This document shows positions 25,588 through 38,270 of a stretch of DNA of 64,000 nucleotides, piece by piece. The translations under genes were made by a program, and so were the position numbers. The DNA lies in NCBI GenBank assembly GCA_032718475.1, contig JAUCBJ010002218.1:6436-70435 (forward strand). Direction: 5' to 3'. Source of the DNA: Nemertoderma westbladi. Taxonomy: Eukaryota > Animalia > Xenacoelomorpha. Within the stretch, counting starts at the first letter, position 1. Each line of letters opens with the position of its first letter. Under the pieces are notes generated by a model. The model searched no databases and was not told where the DNA came from. It saw nothing but the letters and a program-made list of their open reading frames with translations.

Positions 25588-27467
25588 TCAGTTAGAGCCC
25601 AGCATGGACTCCCATAGAGGAGTACTAGAACTACTGACTTCTCTAAATAATCGGACCTTAAGTTTCCGATTAATTCTCGGTGAAAACTTCCAAATCCTGG
25701 AAAGCCTATTCAAGGCTCCCCATGCCTTTCCCGTACGTATTCGAAGGTCCTCACCTGACTTCCGGATCCATGATCCCAGGTAACAGAAGTCGTCCACATG
25801 CTCAAGCATACCATCCTTTGAGCTTATGCTCATCCGATCAGAGACTTGCTGAGGATTTTCAAAGTTAACTGTCAAAATTTTGGTCTTTCTGGAGTTAATA
25901 AAAAGACCAACACTAGAAACAGCATGTTCTAATGAGCTGAGGGGCCGTTGGGCTCCCTATACTGATTCTGAGAGTACTCCTAAGTCATCAGCTAAGTCTA
26001 GATCAGTTAGGTACTTGGCAGGATTTCCTCGACTTCTGGAGCCAGTAGGTGGAGTTATCATCACCCCATCATCATTATGATGATCAAAGGACATGCGTAG
26101 AACATAGTCAACAACAATTATGAACAAGAATGGTGCAAGTGTGTCTCCCTGGAGGACGCCCTATAACACTTCAAATGGTTCTGTGTCACCGTCAACAGTA
26201 GACACAAATGTTGTCGAACCATCGTATACTGATCTGATTGCTGCAATAATTTCATCAGGAATCCCATATAATGAAAGTATGCTGAACATACGTGAGCGAG
26301 AGACTGAATCAAAGGCCTTGAATAAGTCAACAAAGATAACAGCCAGATGCGTGTCTTTCTTTTTTGATAACTCTTCAATTATCCTTCTAAGTGCCAAAAT
26401 GGGCTCCATGGTCCCACGACCTTTACGGAACCCATTCTGATTTCCACGGAGCAGTCTCTCAATGGGATCCCTGATGCGATTTAATAGAATTCTATTGTAT
26501 AGCTTTGCAGCAATCGAGATCATTGAGATTCCCCGAAAAGAACCATAGAGTGTAAGGTTGCCCTTCTTGGGAGCTGGCACCAACTAATGTGTATTCATTT
26601 CTTGTGGGACTCTTGTTGTTCGGTACATGTCTACTATGATGGGATAGATGAGCTTTAAACACTTAGGTATTTTACAGACCTCAGGGGGAACACCATCTAC
26701 TCCACTGGCACGATTGGTCTTAATGCTCTTAGCAGCAGCCTTCATTTCTGCAAAGGAGATATCACCAATGGGAATATCTGGGAGTACAGACTCAGACACT
26801 TTTACTTCTATAAAGTTATCAAGCAATACCCTGTCATTATTGAGGAGCTTGTCAAAGTGGGCCTTCCAACCATTGAGGCGATCGGCTGGTGATTCAGCCT
26901 TAACCTTGGTTGTTGGTTGGCTTTTCCGCCCAGTAAGCAAGTTGATCGATTTCCATGCCTGGGATGATTGCCTGCTGTCGTCAGCATCATTGATGGCATC
27001 AACCTGTTGGTTTATTAGCTCCTGTAGATTAACAAAGTTATCAAGCAATGCCCTGTCATTATTGAGGAGCTTGTCAAAGTGGGCCTTCCAACCATTGAGG
27101 CGATCGGCTGGTGATTCAGCCTTAACCTTGGTTGTTGGTTGGCTTTTCCGCCCAGTAAGCAAGTTGATCGATTTCCATGCCTGGGATGATTGCCTGCTGT
27201 CGTCAGCATCATTAATGGCATCAACCTGTTGGTTTATTAGCTCCTGTAGATTAACAGAGTACTGCCTGTTCAGGGACCTAGATGCCGCCTTAACTGCATT
27301 CTTGGCCGCTGTAGTCTGTTTGAGTCGGCACTCTTTCTGCGCCTTATAGAGGTCATTTCGGCACTTCTGAATTTTGTTGTCAGTCCAGGGGGCCCTTTTC
27401 CTGTTTCGAGGGTATACAGGAACTGTTTCTGCAGCTGCTATAACTTAACTGCTTCTGTGAAGGCAGT
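25588..27467 (-). mobile_element. RTE-type LINE, degraded reverse transcriptase region
   Basis: NQNGFRKGRGT, VIFVDLFKAFDSVSR, VLQGDTLAPFLFIIVVDYV, DLDLADDL, DDFCYLGSWI; stops and frameshifts; 222-bp internal tandem duplication. Confidence 0.92.
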
Positions 27468-28059
27468 TATATGCTATTTGCTTGACCAGCCAATCGCAGA
27501 ATTATTGTAAAATGAGATTTAACAACATATTTGACTTGAAATGTACTGATAGAGGGGTGGGGACTTGTTGGAGCTGTCGCCAGGTGATTTTAACTGTTTT
27601 TCGGGATCATTTGCGTGAAAGGAAAACGCATTGAGTGAATTTTCATAGAGTATACTTTCTATCCTCTATCTCGTGGTATGGGTTAGAAGTCGCGAAATTG
27701 AAAATCAATGTCTATTTTTGAAAAAAAATCGCAAAGTTATTATTGTAAATTGCGGCTAATTAATGGAAGGGCTTTTGAACTGGCAATTTAAATTTAAATT
27801 AAAGCTGTACTTTCGAGAATTTCAAATCTGTATTTTAACTTCTTTAAGAAACATCTGAGATACGAGAGCTCTAACATTGCATGTATTTTTCACTTAATAA
27901 CTTGAGTCGTAAATATAGCACCAAAACAAGGGTTGTAGCAAAATAATTCAGTGTTTTTAGGAAACTGAAAAGTCTATTGTGCATATCCAAATTCCCTTAC
28001 TAACGTTCAAGTAAAAATAAAGCAATGGAAAATAAATTAAAATATTTGCTGACAAAAAA

Positions 28060-28179
28060 AGCCTACAACACTTGGTGTTCCCTGGCGGTCTCCCATCCAA
28101 GTACTAACCAAGCTCGAAGGGCCTTAACTTTCGCTGATCGGACGAGAAGCGGTGCTTTCCCCTTGATATGGTCGTAGGC
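28060..28179 (-). rRNA. 5S rRNA copy 1
   Basis: Minus strand GCCTACGACCATATC...AGTACTTGGATGGGAGACCGCC...GTTGTAGGC followed by a T7 Pol III terminator. Confidence 0.96.
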
Positions 28180-29009
28180 GAAGGATTATGAATCAAATTG
28201 CGTGAGACAAAAATGACAACAAATAAATGAAAAATTTACACAATTATATTTGCTCTTAAACAATGCGGTTCATTTGCCAGTTGTTGAACATATTAAATAA
28301 AATACCTAAAAAGTATTATCTTAAAGTATTCAGAATATAATATTTGAGAGAATCTATCTACATTCAATAAACTAATGTTCTGGAATATTTACATAGTAAC
28401 AGGTATAGTGTGCAGTTATATGCTATTTGCTTGACCAGCCAATCTCAGAATTATTGTAAAATGAGATTTAACAACATATTTGACTTGAAACGTACTGATA
28501 GAGGGGTGGGGACTTGTTGGAGCTGTCGCCAGGTGATTCTAACTGTTTTTAGGGATCATTTGCGTGATAGGAAAACGCATTGAGTGAATTTCTTAGAGTA
28601 TACTTTCTATCCTCTATCTCGTGGTATGGGTTAGAAGTCGCGAAATTGAAAATCAATGTCCATTTTTGAAAAAAAATCGCAAGTTATTTTTGTAAATTGC
28701 GGCTAATTAATGGAAGGGCTTTTGAACTGGCAATTTAAATTGAAATTAAAGCTGTACTTTCGAGAATTTCAAATCTGTATTTTAACTTCTTTAAGAAACA
28801 TCTGAGATACGAGAGCTCTAACATTGCATGTATTTTTCACTTAATAACTTGAGTCGTAAATATAGCACCAAAACAAGGGTTGTAGCAAAATAATTCAGTG
28901 TTTTTAGGAAACTGAAAAGTCTATTGTGTATATCCAAATTCCCTTACTAACTGCGTTCAAGTAAAAATAAGGCAATGGAAAATAAATTAAAATATTTGCT
29001 GACAAAAAA

Positions 29010-29129
29010 AGCCTACAACACTTGGTGTTCCCTGGCGGTCTCCCATCCAAGTACTAACCAAGCTCGAAGGGCCTTAACTTTCGCTGATCGGACGAGAAGC
29101 GGTGCTTTCCCCTTGATATGGTCGTAGGC
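29010..29129 (-). rRNA. 5S rRNA copy 2
   Basis: Same sequence as copy 1, T7 terminator. Confidence 0.96.
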
Positions 29130-30113
29130 GAAGGATTATGAATCAAATTGCAGGGTAGTTGCGTTGGTCAAGAATTATTATGTTATATTATTAAAGTTGA
29201 CTCGTTCGTGATCTTTCAAATTTGTTAAATCCTATAACAAAAATAAAATAAAAATACCTTTGGATTCATAATTTAATATTATAATGTCGATAAATTAGAC
29301 GGAAAGTGAGACAAAAATGACAACAAATAAATGAAAAAATTTACACAATTATATTTGCTCTTAAACAATGCGGTTCATTTGCCAGTTGTTGAACATATTA
29401 AATAAAATACCTAAAAAGTATTATCTTAAAGTATTCAGAATATAATATTTGAGAGAATCTATCTACATTCAATAAACTAATGTTCTGGAATATTTACATA
29501 GTAACAGGTATAGTGTGCAGTTATATGCTATTTGCTTGACCAGCCAATCTCAGAATTATTGTAAAATGAGATTTAACAACATATTTGACTTGAAACGTAC
29601 TGATAGAGGGGTGGGGACTTGTTGGAGCTGTCGCCAGGTGATTCTAACTGCTTTTAGGGATCATTTGCGTGATAGGAAAACGCATTGAGTGAATTTCTTA
29701 GAGTATACTTTCTATCCTCTATCTCGTGGTATGGGTTAGAAGTCGCTAAATTGAAAATCAATGTCCATTTTTGAACAAAATCGCAAGTTATTTTGGTAAA
29801 TTGCGGCTAATTAATGGAAGGGCTTTTGAACTGGCAATTTAAATTGAAATTAAAGCTGTACTTTCGAAAATTTCAAATCTATATTTTAACTTCTTTAAGA
29901 AACATTTGAGATACGAGAGCTCTAACATTGTATGTATTTTTCACTTAATAACTTGAGTCGTAAATATAGCACCAAAACAAGGGTTGTAGCAAAATAATTC
30001 AGTGTTTTTAGGAAACTGAAAAGTCTATTGTGCATATCCAAATTCCCTTACTAACTGCGTTCAAGTAAAAATAAAGCAATGGAAAATAAATTAAAATATT
30101 TGCTGACAAAAAA

Positions 30114-30233
30114 AGCCTACAACACTTGGTGTTCCCTGGCGGTCTCCCATCCAAGTACTAACCAAGCTCGAAGGGCCTTAACTTTCGCTGATCGGACGAG
30201 AAGCGGTGCTTTCCCCTTGATATGGTCGTAGGC
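30114..30233 (-). rRNA. 5S rRNA copy 3
   Basis: Same sequence as copy 1, T7 terminator. Confidence 0.96.
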
Positions 30234-31169
30234 GACGGATTATGAATCAAATTGCAGGGTAGTTGCGTTGGTCAAGAATTATTATGTTATATTATTAAAG
30301 TTGTCTCGTTCGTGAGCTTTCAAATTTGTTAATTCCTATAACAAAAATAAAATAAAAATACCTTTGGATTCATAATTTAATGTTATAATGTCGATAAATT
30401 AGACGGAAAGTGAGACAAAAATGACAACAAATAAATGAAAAAATTTACACAATTATATTTGCTCTTAAACAATGCGGTTCATTTGCCAGTTGTTGAACAT
30501 ATTAAATAAAATACCTAAAAAGTATTCAGAATATAATATTTGAGAGAATCTATCTACATTCAATAAACTAATGTTCTGGAATATTTACATAGTAACAGGT
30601 ATAGTGTGCAGTTATATGCTATTTGCTTGACCAGCCAATCTCAGAATTATTGTAAAATGAGATTTAACAACATATTGGACTTGAAACGTACTGATAGAGG
30701 GGTGGGGACTTGTTGGAGCTGTCGCCAGGTGATTTTAACTGTTTTTCGGGATCATTTGCGTGATAGGAAAACGCATTGAGTGAACTTTCATAGAGTATAC
30801 TTTCTATCCTCTATCTCGTGGTATGGGTTAGAAGTCGCGAAATTGAAAATCAATGTCCATTTTTGAAAAAAAAATCGCAAGTTAATTTTGTAAATTGCGG
30901 CTAATAAAGCTGTACTTTCGAGAATTTCAAATCTGTATTTTAACTTCTTTAAGAAACATCTGAGATACGAGAGCTCTAACATTGCATGTATTTTTCACTT
31001 AATAACTTGAGTCGTAAATATAGCACCAAAACAAGGGTTGTAGCAAAATAATTCAGTGTTTTTAGGAAACTGAAAAGTCTATTGTGTAGATCCAAATTCC
31101 CTTACTAACTGCGTTCAAGTAAAAATAAAGCTCAATGGAAAATAAATTAAAATATTTGCTGACAAAAAA

Positions 31170-31289
31170 AGCCTACAACACTTGGTGTTCCCTGGCAGTC
31201 TCCCATCCAAGTACTAACCGAGCTCGAAGGGCCTTAACTTTCGCTGATCGGACGAGAAGCGGTGCTTTCCCCTTGATATGGTCGTAGGC
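31170..31289 (-). rRNA. 5S rRNA copy 4 (two substitutions)
   Basis: Differs from the other copies at 31197 and 31220. Confidence 0.93.
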
Positions 31290-32273
31290 GAACCATTCTG
31301 AATCAAATTGCAGGGTAGTTGCGTTGGTCAAGAATTATTATGTTATATTATTAAAGTTGTCTCGTTCGTGAGCTTTCAAATTTGTTAATTCCTATAACAA
31401 AAATAAAATAAAAATACCTTTGGATTCATAATTTAATATTATAATGTCGATAAATTAGACGGAAAGTGAGACAAAAATGACAAAAAATAAATGAAAAAAT
31501 TTACACAATTATATTTGCTCTTAAACAATGCGGTTCATTTGCCAGTTGTTGAACATATTAAATAAAATACCTAAAAAGTATTATCTTAAAGTATTCAGAA
31601 TATAATATTTGAGAGAATCTATCTACATTCAATAAACTAATGTTCTGGAATATTTACATAGTAACAGGTATAGTGTGCAGTTATATGCTATTTGCTTGAC
31701 CAGCCAATCTCAGAATTATTGTAAAATGAGATTTAACAACATATTTGACTTGAAACGTACTGATAGAGGGGTGGGGACTTGTTGGAGCTGTCGCCAGGTG
31801 ATTCTAACTGCTTTTAGGGATCATTTGCGTGATAGGAAAACGCATTGAGTGAATTTCTTAGAGTATACTTTCTATCCTCTATCTCGTGGTATGGGTTAGA
31901 AGTCGCTAAATTGAAAATCAATGTCCATTTTTGAACAAAATCGCAAGTTATTTTGGTAAATTGCGGCTAATTAATGGAAGGGCTTTTGAACTGGCAATTT
32001 AAATTGAAATTAAAGCTGTACTTTCGAGAATTTCAAATCTGTATTTTAACTTCTTTAAGAAACATTTGAGATACGAGAGCTCTAACATTGTATGTATTTT
32101 TCACTTAATAACTTGAGTCGTAAATATAGCACCAAAACAAGGGTTGTAGCAAAATAATTCAGTGTTTTTAGGAAACTGAAAAGTCTATTGTGCATATCCA
32201 AATTCCCTTACTAACTGCGTTCAAGTAAAAATAAAGCAATGGAAAATAAATTAAAATATTTGCTGACAAAAAA

Positions 32274-32393
32274 AGCCTACAACACTTGGTGTTCCCTGGC
32301 GGTCTCCCATCCAAGTACTAACCAAGCTCGAAGGGCCTTAACTTTCGCTGATCGGACGAGAAGCGGTGCTTTCCCCTTGATATGGTCGTAGGC
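32274..32393 (-). rRNA. 5S rRNA copy 5
   Basis: Same sequence as copy 1, T7 terminator. Confidence 0.96.
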
Positions 32394-33328
32394 GACGGAT
32401 TATGAATCAAATTGCAGGGTAGTTGCGTTGGTCAAGAATTATTATGTTATATTATTAAAGTTGTCTCGTTCGTGAGCTTTCAAATTTGTTAATTCCTATA
32501 ACAAAAATAAAATAAAAATACCTTTGGATTCATAATTTAATGTTATAATGTCGATAAATTAGACGGAAAGTGAGACAAAAATGACAACAAATAAATGAAA
32601 AAATTTACACAATTATATTTGCTCTTAAACAATGCGGTTCATTTGCCAGTTGTTGAACATATTAAATAAAATACCTAAAAAGTATTCAGAATATAATATT
32701 TGAGAGAATCTATCTATATTCAATAAACTAATGTTCTGGAATATTTACATAGTAACAGGTATAGTGTGCAGTTATATGCTATTTGCTTGACCAGCCAATC
32801 TCAGAATTATTGTAAAATGAGATTTAACAACATATTGGACTTGAAACGTACTGATAGAGGGGTGGGGACTTGTTGGAGCTGTCGCCAGGTGATTTTAACT
32901 GTTTTTCGGGATCATTTGCGTGATAGGAAAACGCATTGAGTGAACTTTCATAGAGTATACTTTCTATCCTCTATCTCGTGGTATGGGTTAGAAGTCGCGA
33001 AATTGAAAATCAATGTCCATTTTTGAAAAAAAATCGCAAGTTAATTTTGTAAATTGCGGCTAATAAATCTGTACTTTCGAGAATTTCAAATCTGTATTTT
33101 AACTTCTTTAAGAAACATCTGAGATACGAGAGCTCTAACATTGCATGTATTTTTCACTTAATAACTTGAGTCGTAAATATAGCACCAAAACAAGGGTTGT
33201 AGCAAAATAATTCAGTGTTTTTAGGAAACTGAAAAGTCTATTGTGTAGATCCAAATTCCCTTACTAACTGCGTTCAAGTAAAAATAAAGCTCAATGGAAA
33301 ATAAATTAAAATATTTGCTGACAAAAAA

Positions 33329-33448
33329 AGCCTACAACACTTGGTGTTCCCTGGCGGTCTCCCATCCAAGTACTAACCAAGCTCGAAGGGCCTTAACTTT
33401 CGCTGATCGGACGAGAAGCGGTGCTTTCCCCTTGATATGGTCGTAGGC
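33329..33448 (-). rRNA. 5S rRNA copy 6
   Basis: Same sequence as copy 1, T7 terminator. Confidence 0.96.
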
Positions 33449-34424
33449 GAAGGATTATGAATCAAATTACAGGGTAGTTGCGTTGGTCAAGAATTATTAT
33501 GTTATATTATTAAAGTTGTCTCGTTCGTGAGCTTTCAAATTTGTTAAATCCTATAACAAAAATAAAATAAAAATACCTTTGGATTCATAATTTAATATTA
33601 TAATGTCGATAAATTAGACGGAAAGTGAGACAAAACTGACAACAAATAAATGAAAAAATTTACACAATTATATTTGCTCTTAAACAATGCGGTTCATTTG
33701 CCAGTTGTTGAACATATTTAATAAAATACCTAAAAAGTATTCAGAATATAATATTTGAGAGAATCTATCTACATTCAATAAACTAATGTTCTGGAATATT
33801 TACATAGTAACAGGTATAGTGTGCAGTTATATGGTATTTGCTTTGACCAGCCAATCTCAGAATTATTGTAAAATGAGATTTAACAACATATTTGACTTGA
33901 AACGTACTGATAGAGGGGTGGGGACTTGTTGGAGCTGTCGCCAGGTGATTCTAACTGTTTTTAGGGATCATTTGCGTGATAGGAAAACGCATTGAGTGAA
34001 TTTTCATAGAGTATACTTTCTATCCTCTATCTCGTGGTATGGGTTAGAAGTCGCGAAATTGAAAATCAATGTCCATTTTTGAAAAAAAATCGCAAGTTAT
34101 TTTTGTAAATTGCGGCTAATTAATGGAAGGGCTTTTGAACTGGCAATTTAAATTTAAATTAAAGCTGTACTTTCGAGAATTTCAAATGTGTATTTTAACT
34201 TCTTTAAGAAACATCTGAGATACGAGAGCTCTAACATTGCATGTATTTTTCACTTAATAACTTGAGTCGTAAATATAGCACCAAAACAAGGGTTGTAGCA
34301 AAATAATTCAGTGTTTTTAGGAAACTGAAAAGTCTATTGTGTATATCCAAATTCCCTTACTAACTGCGTTCAAGTAAAAATAAAGCTCAATGGAAAATAA
34401 ATTAAAATATTTGCTGACAAAAAA

Positions 34425-34544
34425 AGCCTACAACACTTGGTGTTCCCTGGCGGTCTCCCATCCAAGTACTAACCAAGCTCGAAGGGCCTTAACTTTCGCT
34501 GATCGGACGAGAAGCGGTGCTTTCCCCTTGATATGGTCGTAGGC
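34425..34544 (-). rRNA. 5S rRNA copy 7
   Basis: Same sequence as copy 1, T7 terminator. Confidence 0.96.
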
Positions 34545-35529
34545 GAAGGATTATGAATCAAATTGCAGGGTAGTTGCGTTGGTCAAGAATTATTATGTTA
34601 TATTATTAAAGTTGTCTCGTTCGTGAGCTTTCAAATTTGTTAAATCCTATAACAAAAATAAAATAAAAATACCTTTGGATTCATAATTTAATATTATAAT
34701 GTCGATAAATTAGACGGAAAGTGAGACAAAAATGACAACAAATAAATGAAAAAATTTACACAATTATATTTGCTCTTAAACAATGCGGTTCATTTGCCAG
34801 TTGTTGAACATATTAAATAAAATACCTAAAAAGTATTATCTTAAAGTATTCAGAATATAATATTTGAGAGAATCTATCTATATTCAATAAACTAATGTTC
34901 TGGAATATTTACATAGTAACAGGTATAGTGTGCAGTTATATGCTATTTGCTTGACCAGCCAATCTCAGAATTATTGTAAAATGAGATTTAACAACATATT
35001 TGACTTGAAACGTACTGATAGAGGGGTGGGGACTTGTTGGAGCTGTCGCCAGGTGATTCTAACTGTTTTTAGGGATCATTTGCGTGATAGGAAAACGCAT
35101 TGAGTGAATTTTCATAGAGTATACTTTCTATCCTCTATCTCGTGGTATGGGTTAGAAGTCGCTAAATTGAAAATCAATGTCCATTTTTGAACAAAATCGC
35201 AAGTTATTTTGGTATATTGCGGCTAATTAATGGAAGGGCTTTTGAACTGGCAATTTAAATTGAAATTAAAGCTGTACTTTCGAGAATTTCAAATCTGTAT
35301 TTTAACTTCTTTAAGAAACATCTGAGATACGAGAGCTCTAACATTGCATGTATTTTTCACTTAATAACTTGAGTCGTAAATATAGCACCAAAACAAGGGT
35401 TGTAGCAAAATAATTCAGTGTTTTTAGGAAACTGAAAAGTCTATTGTGCATATCCAAATTCCCTTACTAACTGCGTTCAAGTAAAAATAAAGCAATGGAA
35501 AATAAATTAAAATATTTGCTGACAAAAAA

Positions 35530-35649
35530 AGCCTACAACACTTGGTGTTCCCTGGCGGTCTCCCATCCAAGTACTAACCAAGCTCGAAGGGCCTTAACTT
35601 TCGCTGATCGGACGAGAAGCGGTGCTTTCCCCTTGATATGGTCGTAGGC
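35530..35649 (-). rRNA. 5S rRNA copy 8
   Basis: Same sequence as copy 1, T7 terminator. Confidence 0.96.
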
Positions 35650-36046
35650 GAAGGATTCTGAATCAAATTGCAGGGTAGTTGCGTTGGTCAAGAATTATTA
35701 TGTTATATTATTAAAGTTGTCTCGTTCGTGAGCTTTCAAATTTGTTAATTCCTATAAGAAAAATAAAATAAAAATACCTTTGGATTCATAATTTAATATT
35801 ATAATGTCGATAAATTAGACGGAAAGTGAGACAAAAATGACAACAAATAAATGAAAAAATTTACACAATTATACAGTATTTGCTCTTAAACAATGCGGTT
35901 CATTTGCCAGTTGTTGAACATATTAAATAAAATACCTAAAAAGTATTATATTAAAGTATTCAGAATATAATATTTGAGAGAATCTATCTACATTCAATAA
36001 ACTAATGTTCTGGAATATTTACATAGTAACAGGTATAGTGTGCAGT

Positions 36047-36410
36047 ATAGCCCTCACAGTGATCTGCCGCCTCAGAGGCAAGAACCTCATTGTAGCTCAT
36101 TGCATTGTTGCTCAGCTGTAGTGTGAAGCTGGATCTCACACTTGGCTGTTGCAACAGAGAGGACCAGTCATGCCGCGGCAAGGCATATTTCGTTGTTCTG
36201 CTAGCACGCAGACTAAGTCCTACCTTGGCCACAATAAGGTGGTGATCACTGGAGAAGGGTCGAAGTGTAAATGCATTACAGTCTTGTATAGAGCTCTGGG
36301 ACTTGTGACCACTGGGTCCACTATGAGTCCATAGCTTTCCAGTTCGCTTCTTGAACTGGGTTCCAGCCGAAAACAATCCATTTCCAGAGATACAGACTCC
36401 CAACGGGCGC
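36047..36410 (-). mobile_element. RTE-type LINE, 5' continuation (end of APE endonuclease and linker)
   Basis: TQFKKRTGKLWTH...SSDHHLIVAKVGLSL (APE SDH motif); reading continues into the 27467 segment when the 5S block is removed. Confidence 0.85.
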
Positions 36411-36616
36411 TGGAAACGGAACGGTTGGTGATGTCATAGAGAATGCAGCCAGTTGTGCCGATAAGGAGCTATTCCATAAAGCGGAGGTCAGTAAAATTGA
36501 GTTGTATCAGTGATGTGGTAGCTTATATAGAACACACATCTGTTTAAACAGTGTTTCTCTATCAGTGCGAGAGTAATCCTTGAGATATGGAGTTATACAA
36601 CAAATAGCTAGTACCG

Positions 36617-36725
36617 GGTGAGTACAAAACAGAGACCCAAAGACTCAAGACCTGTACAAAACATAGACCAAAGACTCAAGACCTGTACAAAACATAGACC
36701 AAAGACTCAAGACCTGTACAAAACA
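36617..36725. repeat. 31-bp tandem repeat (~3 copies), likely MITE terminus
   Basis: gtacaaaacatagaccaaagactcaagacct repeated after gggtga. Confidence 0.6.
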
Positions 36726-37257
36726 AAAGAGGTAAATTCGCATTAGGTCCCAAGAGCGTTAGGTTCTATGGCCATTTAAAGAAGCAGGTTTAGTAAAGGA
36801 GCAGGTTATAGATGCGTATTGGGGGAACCAAAACAATAAAATAAAGTTAACACCACATGTAAGTTAATATTTTATGTTTGCATCTTATCTTTTAATATTC
36901 GATTGACTTTATTTTCTAATACCGATTTGACTGCACTAACTAATGCATTATAATTATTAACTATATTATGTTGTTGGTTATTTTTTTACTTTATATTTAA
37001 TTCGAAAGTAAAAAACGAATTAATACAATTACACATTAATAATACGAAAATATTTCGACATTTCATTCTCAGAGGTTAATGCAATAAAAATTTCATTGCT
37101 GAACCGCGGGAAATTTGAATTTCTAAATCGGTTTACAATAAATTGCATTTTTTGATTCTAGGAAATTAGATTAAGATTAGAAGTCATGAGGATCTCATCC
37201 AAGAAATGCTCAGTGATTTCCATTACGATCAATAGTAGGCTACCTGGGTAATAGTCC

Positions 37258-38270
37258 AAATGTCTAAATGTCAATTTGAAAATGACATTTTGACATAATG
37301 ACATGTCAAATGTCAATTTGTAAATGACATTTGGACATAATGACATGTCAAAATGTCAATTTGTAAATGACATGTGGACATTATGAAATGTCTAAATGTC
37401 AATTTGAAAATAACATTTTGACATAATGACATGTCAAAATGTCAATTTGTAAATGACATTTGGACATAATGACATGTCAAAATGTCAATTTGTAAATGAC
37501 ATTTGGACATTATGAAATGTCTAAATGTCAATTTGAAAATAACATTTTGACATAATGACATGTCAAAATGTCAATTTGTAAATGACATTTGGACATTATG
37601 AAATGTCTAAATGTCAATTTGAACAGTTTGACATAATGACCTGTCTAAATGTCAATTTGAAAATGACCTCTTGACATAATGACATGACAAAATGTCAATT
37701 TGTAAATAACTTTTGGACATTATGACATGTCTAAATGTCAATTTGATAATAACATTCTGACATAATGACATGTTTAAATCTCAATTTGAAAATGACCTTT
37801 TGACATATGACATGATGTCAAAATGTCAATTTGTAAATGACATTTGGACATTATGACATGTCTAAATGTCAATTTGATAATAACATTTTGACATCTGTCT
37901 AAATGTCAATTTGATAATAACATTTTGACATCTGTCTAAATGTCAATTTGAAAATGACATTTTGACATTATGACATGTCTAAATGTCAATTTGAAAATGT
38001 GAAATTGGACTTGTCTAAATGTGAATTTGAAAATGACATTTTGACATAATGACCCGTCTAAATGTTAAAACGTCATTTTGAAAATGACAGACATAATGAG
38101 ATGTATAAATGTCAATTTAAAAATGACATTTTGACATAATGACATGTCTAAATGACAATTTGAAAATGACATTTATGACATAATGACATGTCTAAATATT
38201 AAAATGTCAGTTTGAAAATGACATTTTGACATGTCAAAATGTCAAGTCAATTTGAGAAATGTCAAAGTGT
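37258..38270. repeat. ~43-bp AT-rich minisatellite built from TGACA/TGTCA motifs
   Basis: Unit ~aaatgtcaatttgaaaatgacattttgacataatgacatgtct, decaying to the right. Confidence 0.9.

Larger units (their letters stand above)
27463..36046 (-). repeat. 5S rDNA tandem array, eight ~1.1-kb units
   Basis: Gene-to-gene spacings 950, 1104, 1056, 1104, 1055, 1096, 1105 bp; spacers nearly identical. Confidence 0.97.

Noticed and set aside
26120-27349. Plus-strand ORFs of 106 and 233 aa
   Set aside because: Antisense to the LINE reverse transcriptase frame.
28180-29010. SL RNA or snRNA gene in the 5S spacer
   Set aside because: Such linkage is known in some animals, but I could not find a convincing donor plus Sm site plus stem-loop arrangement; an Infernal search would be needed.
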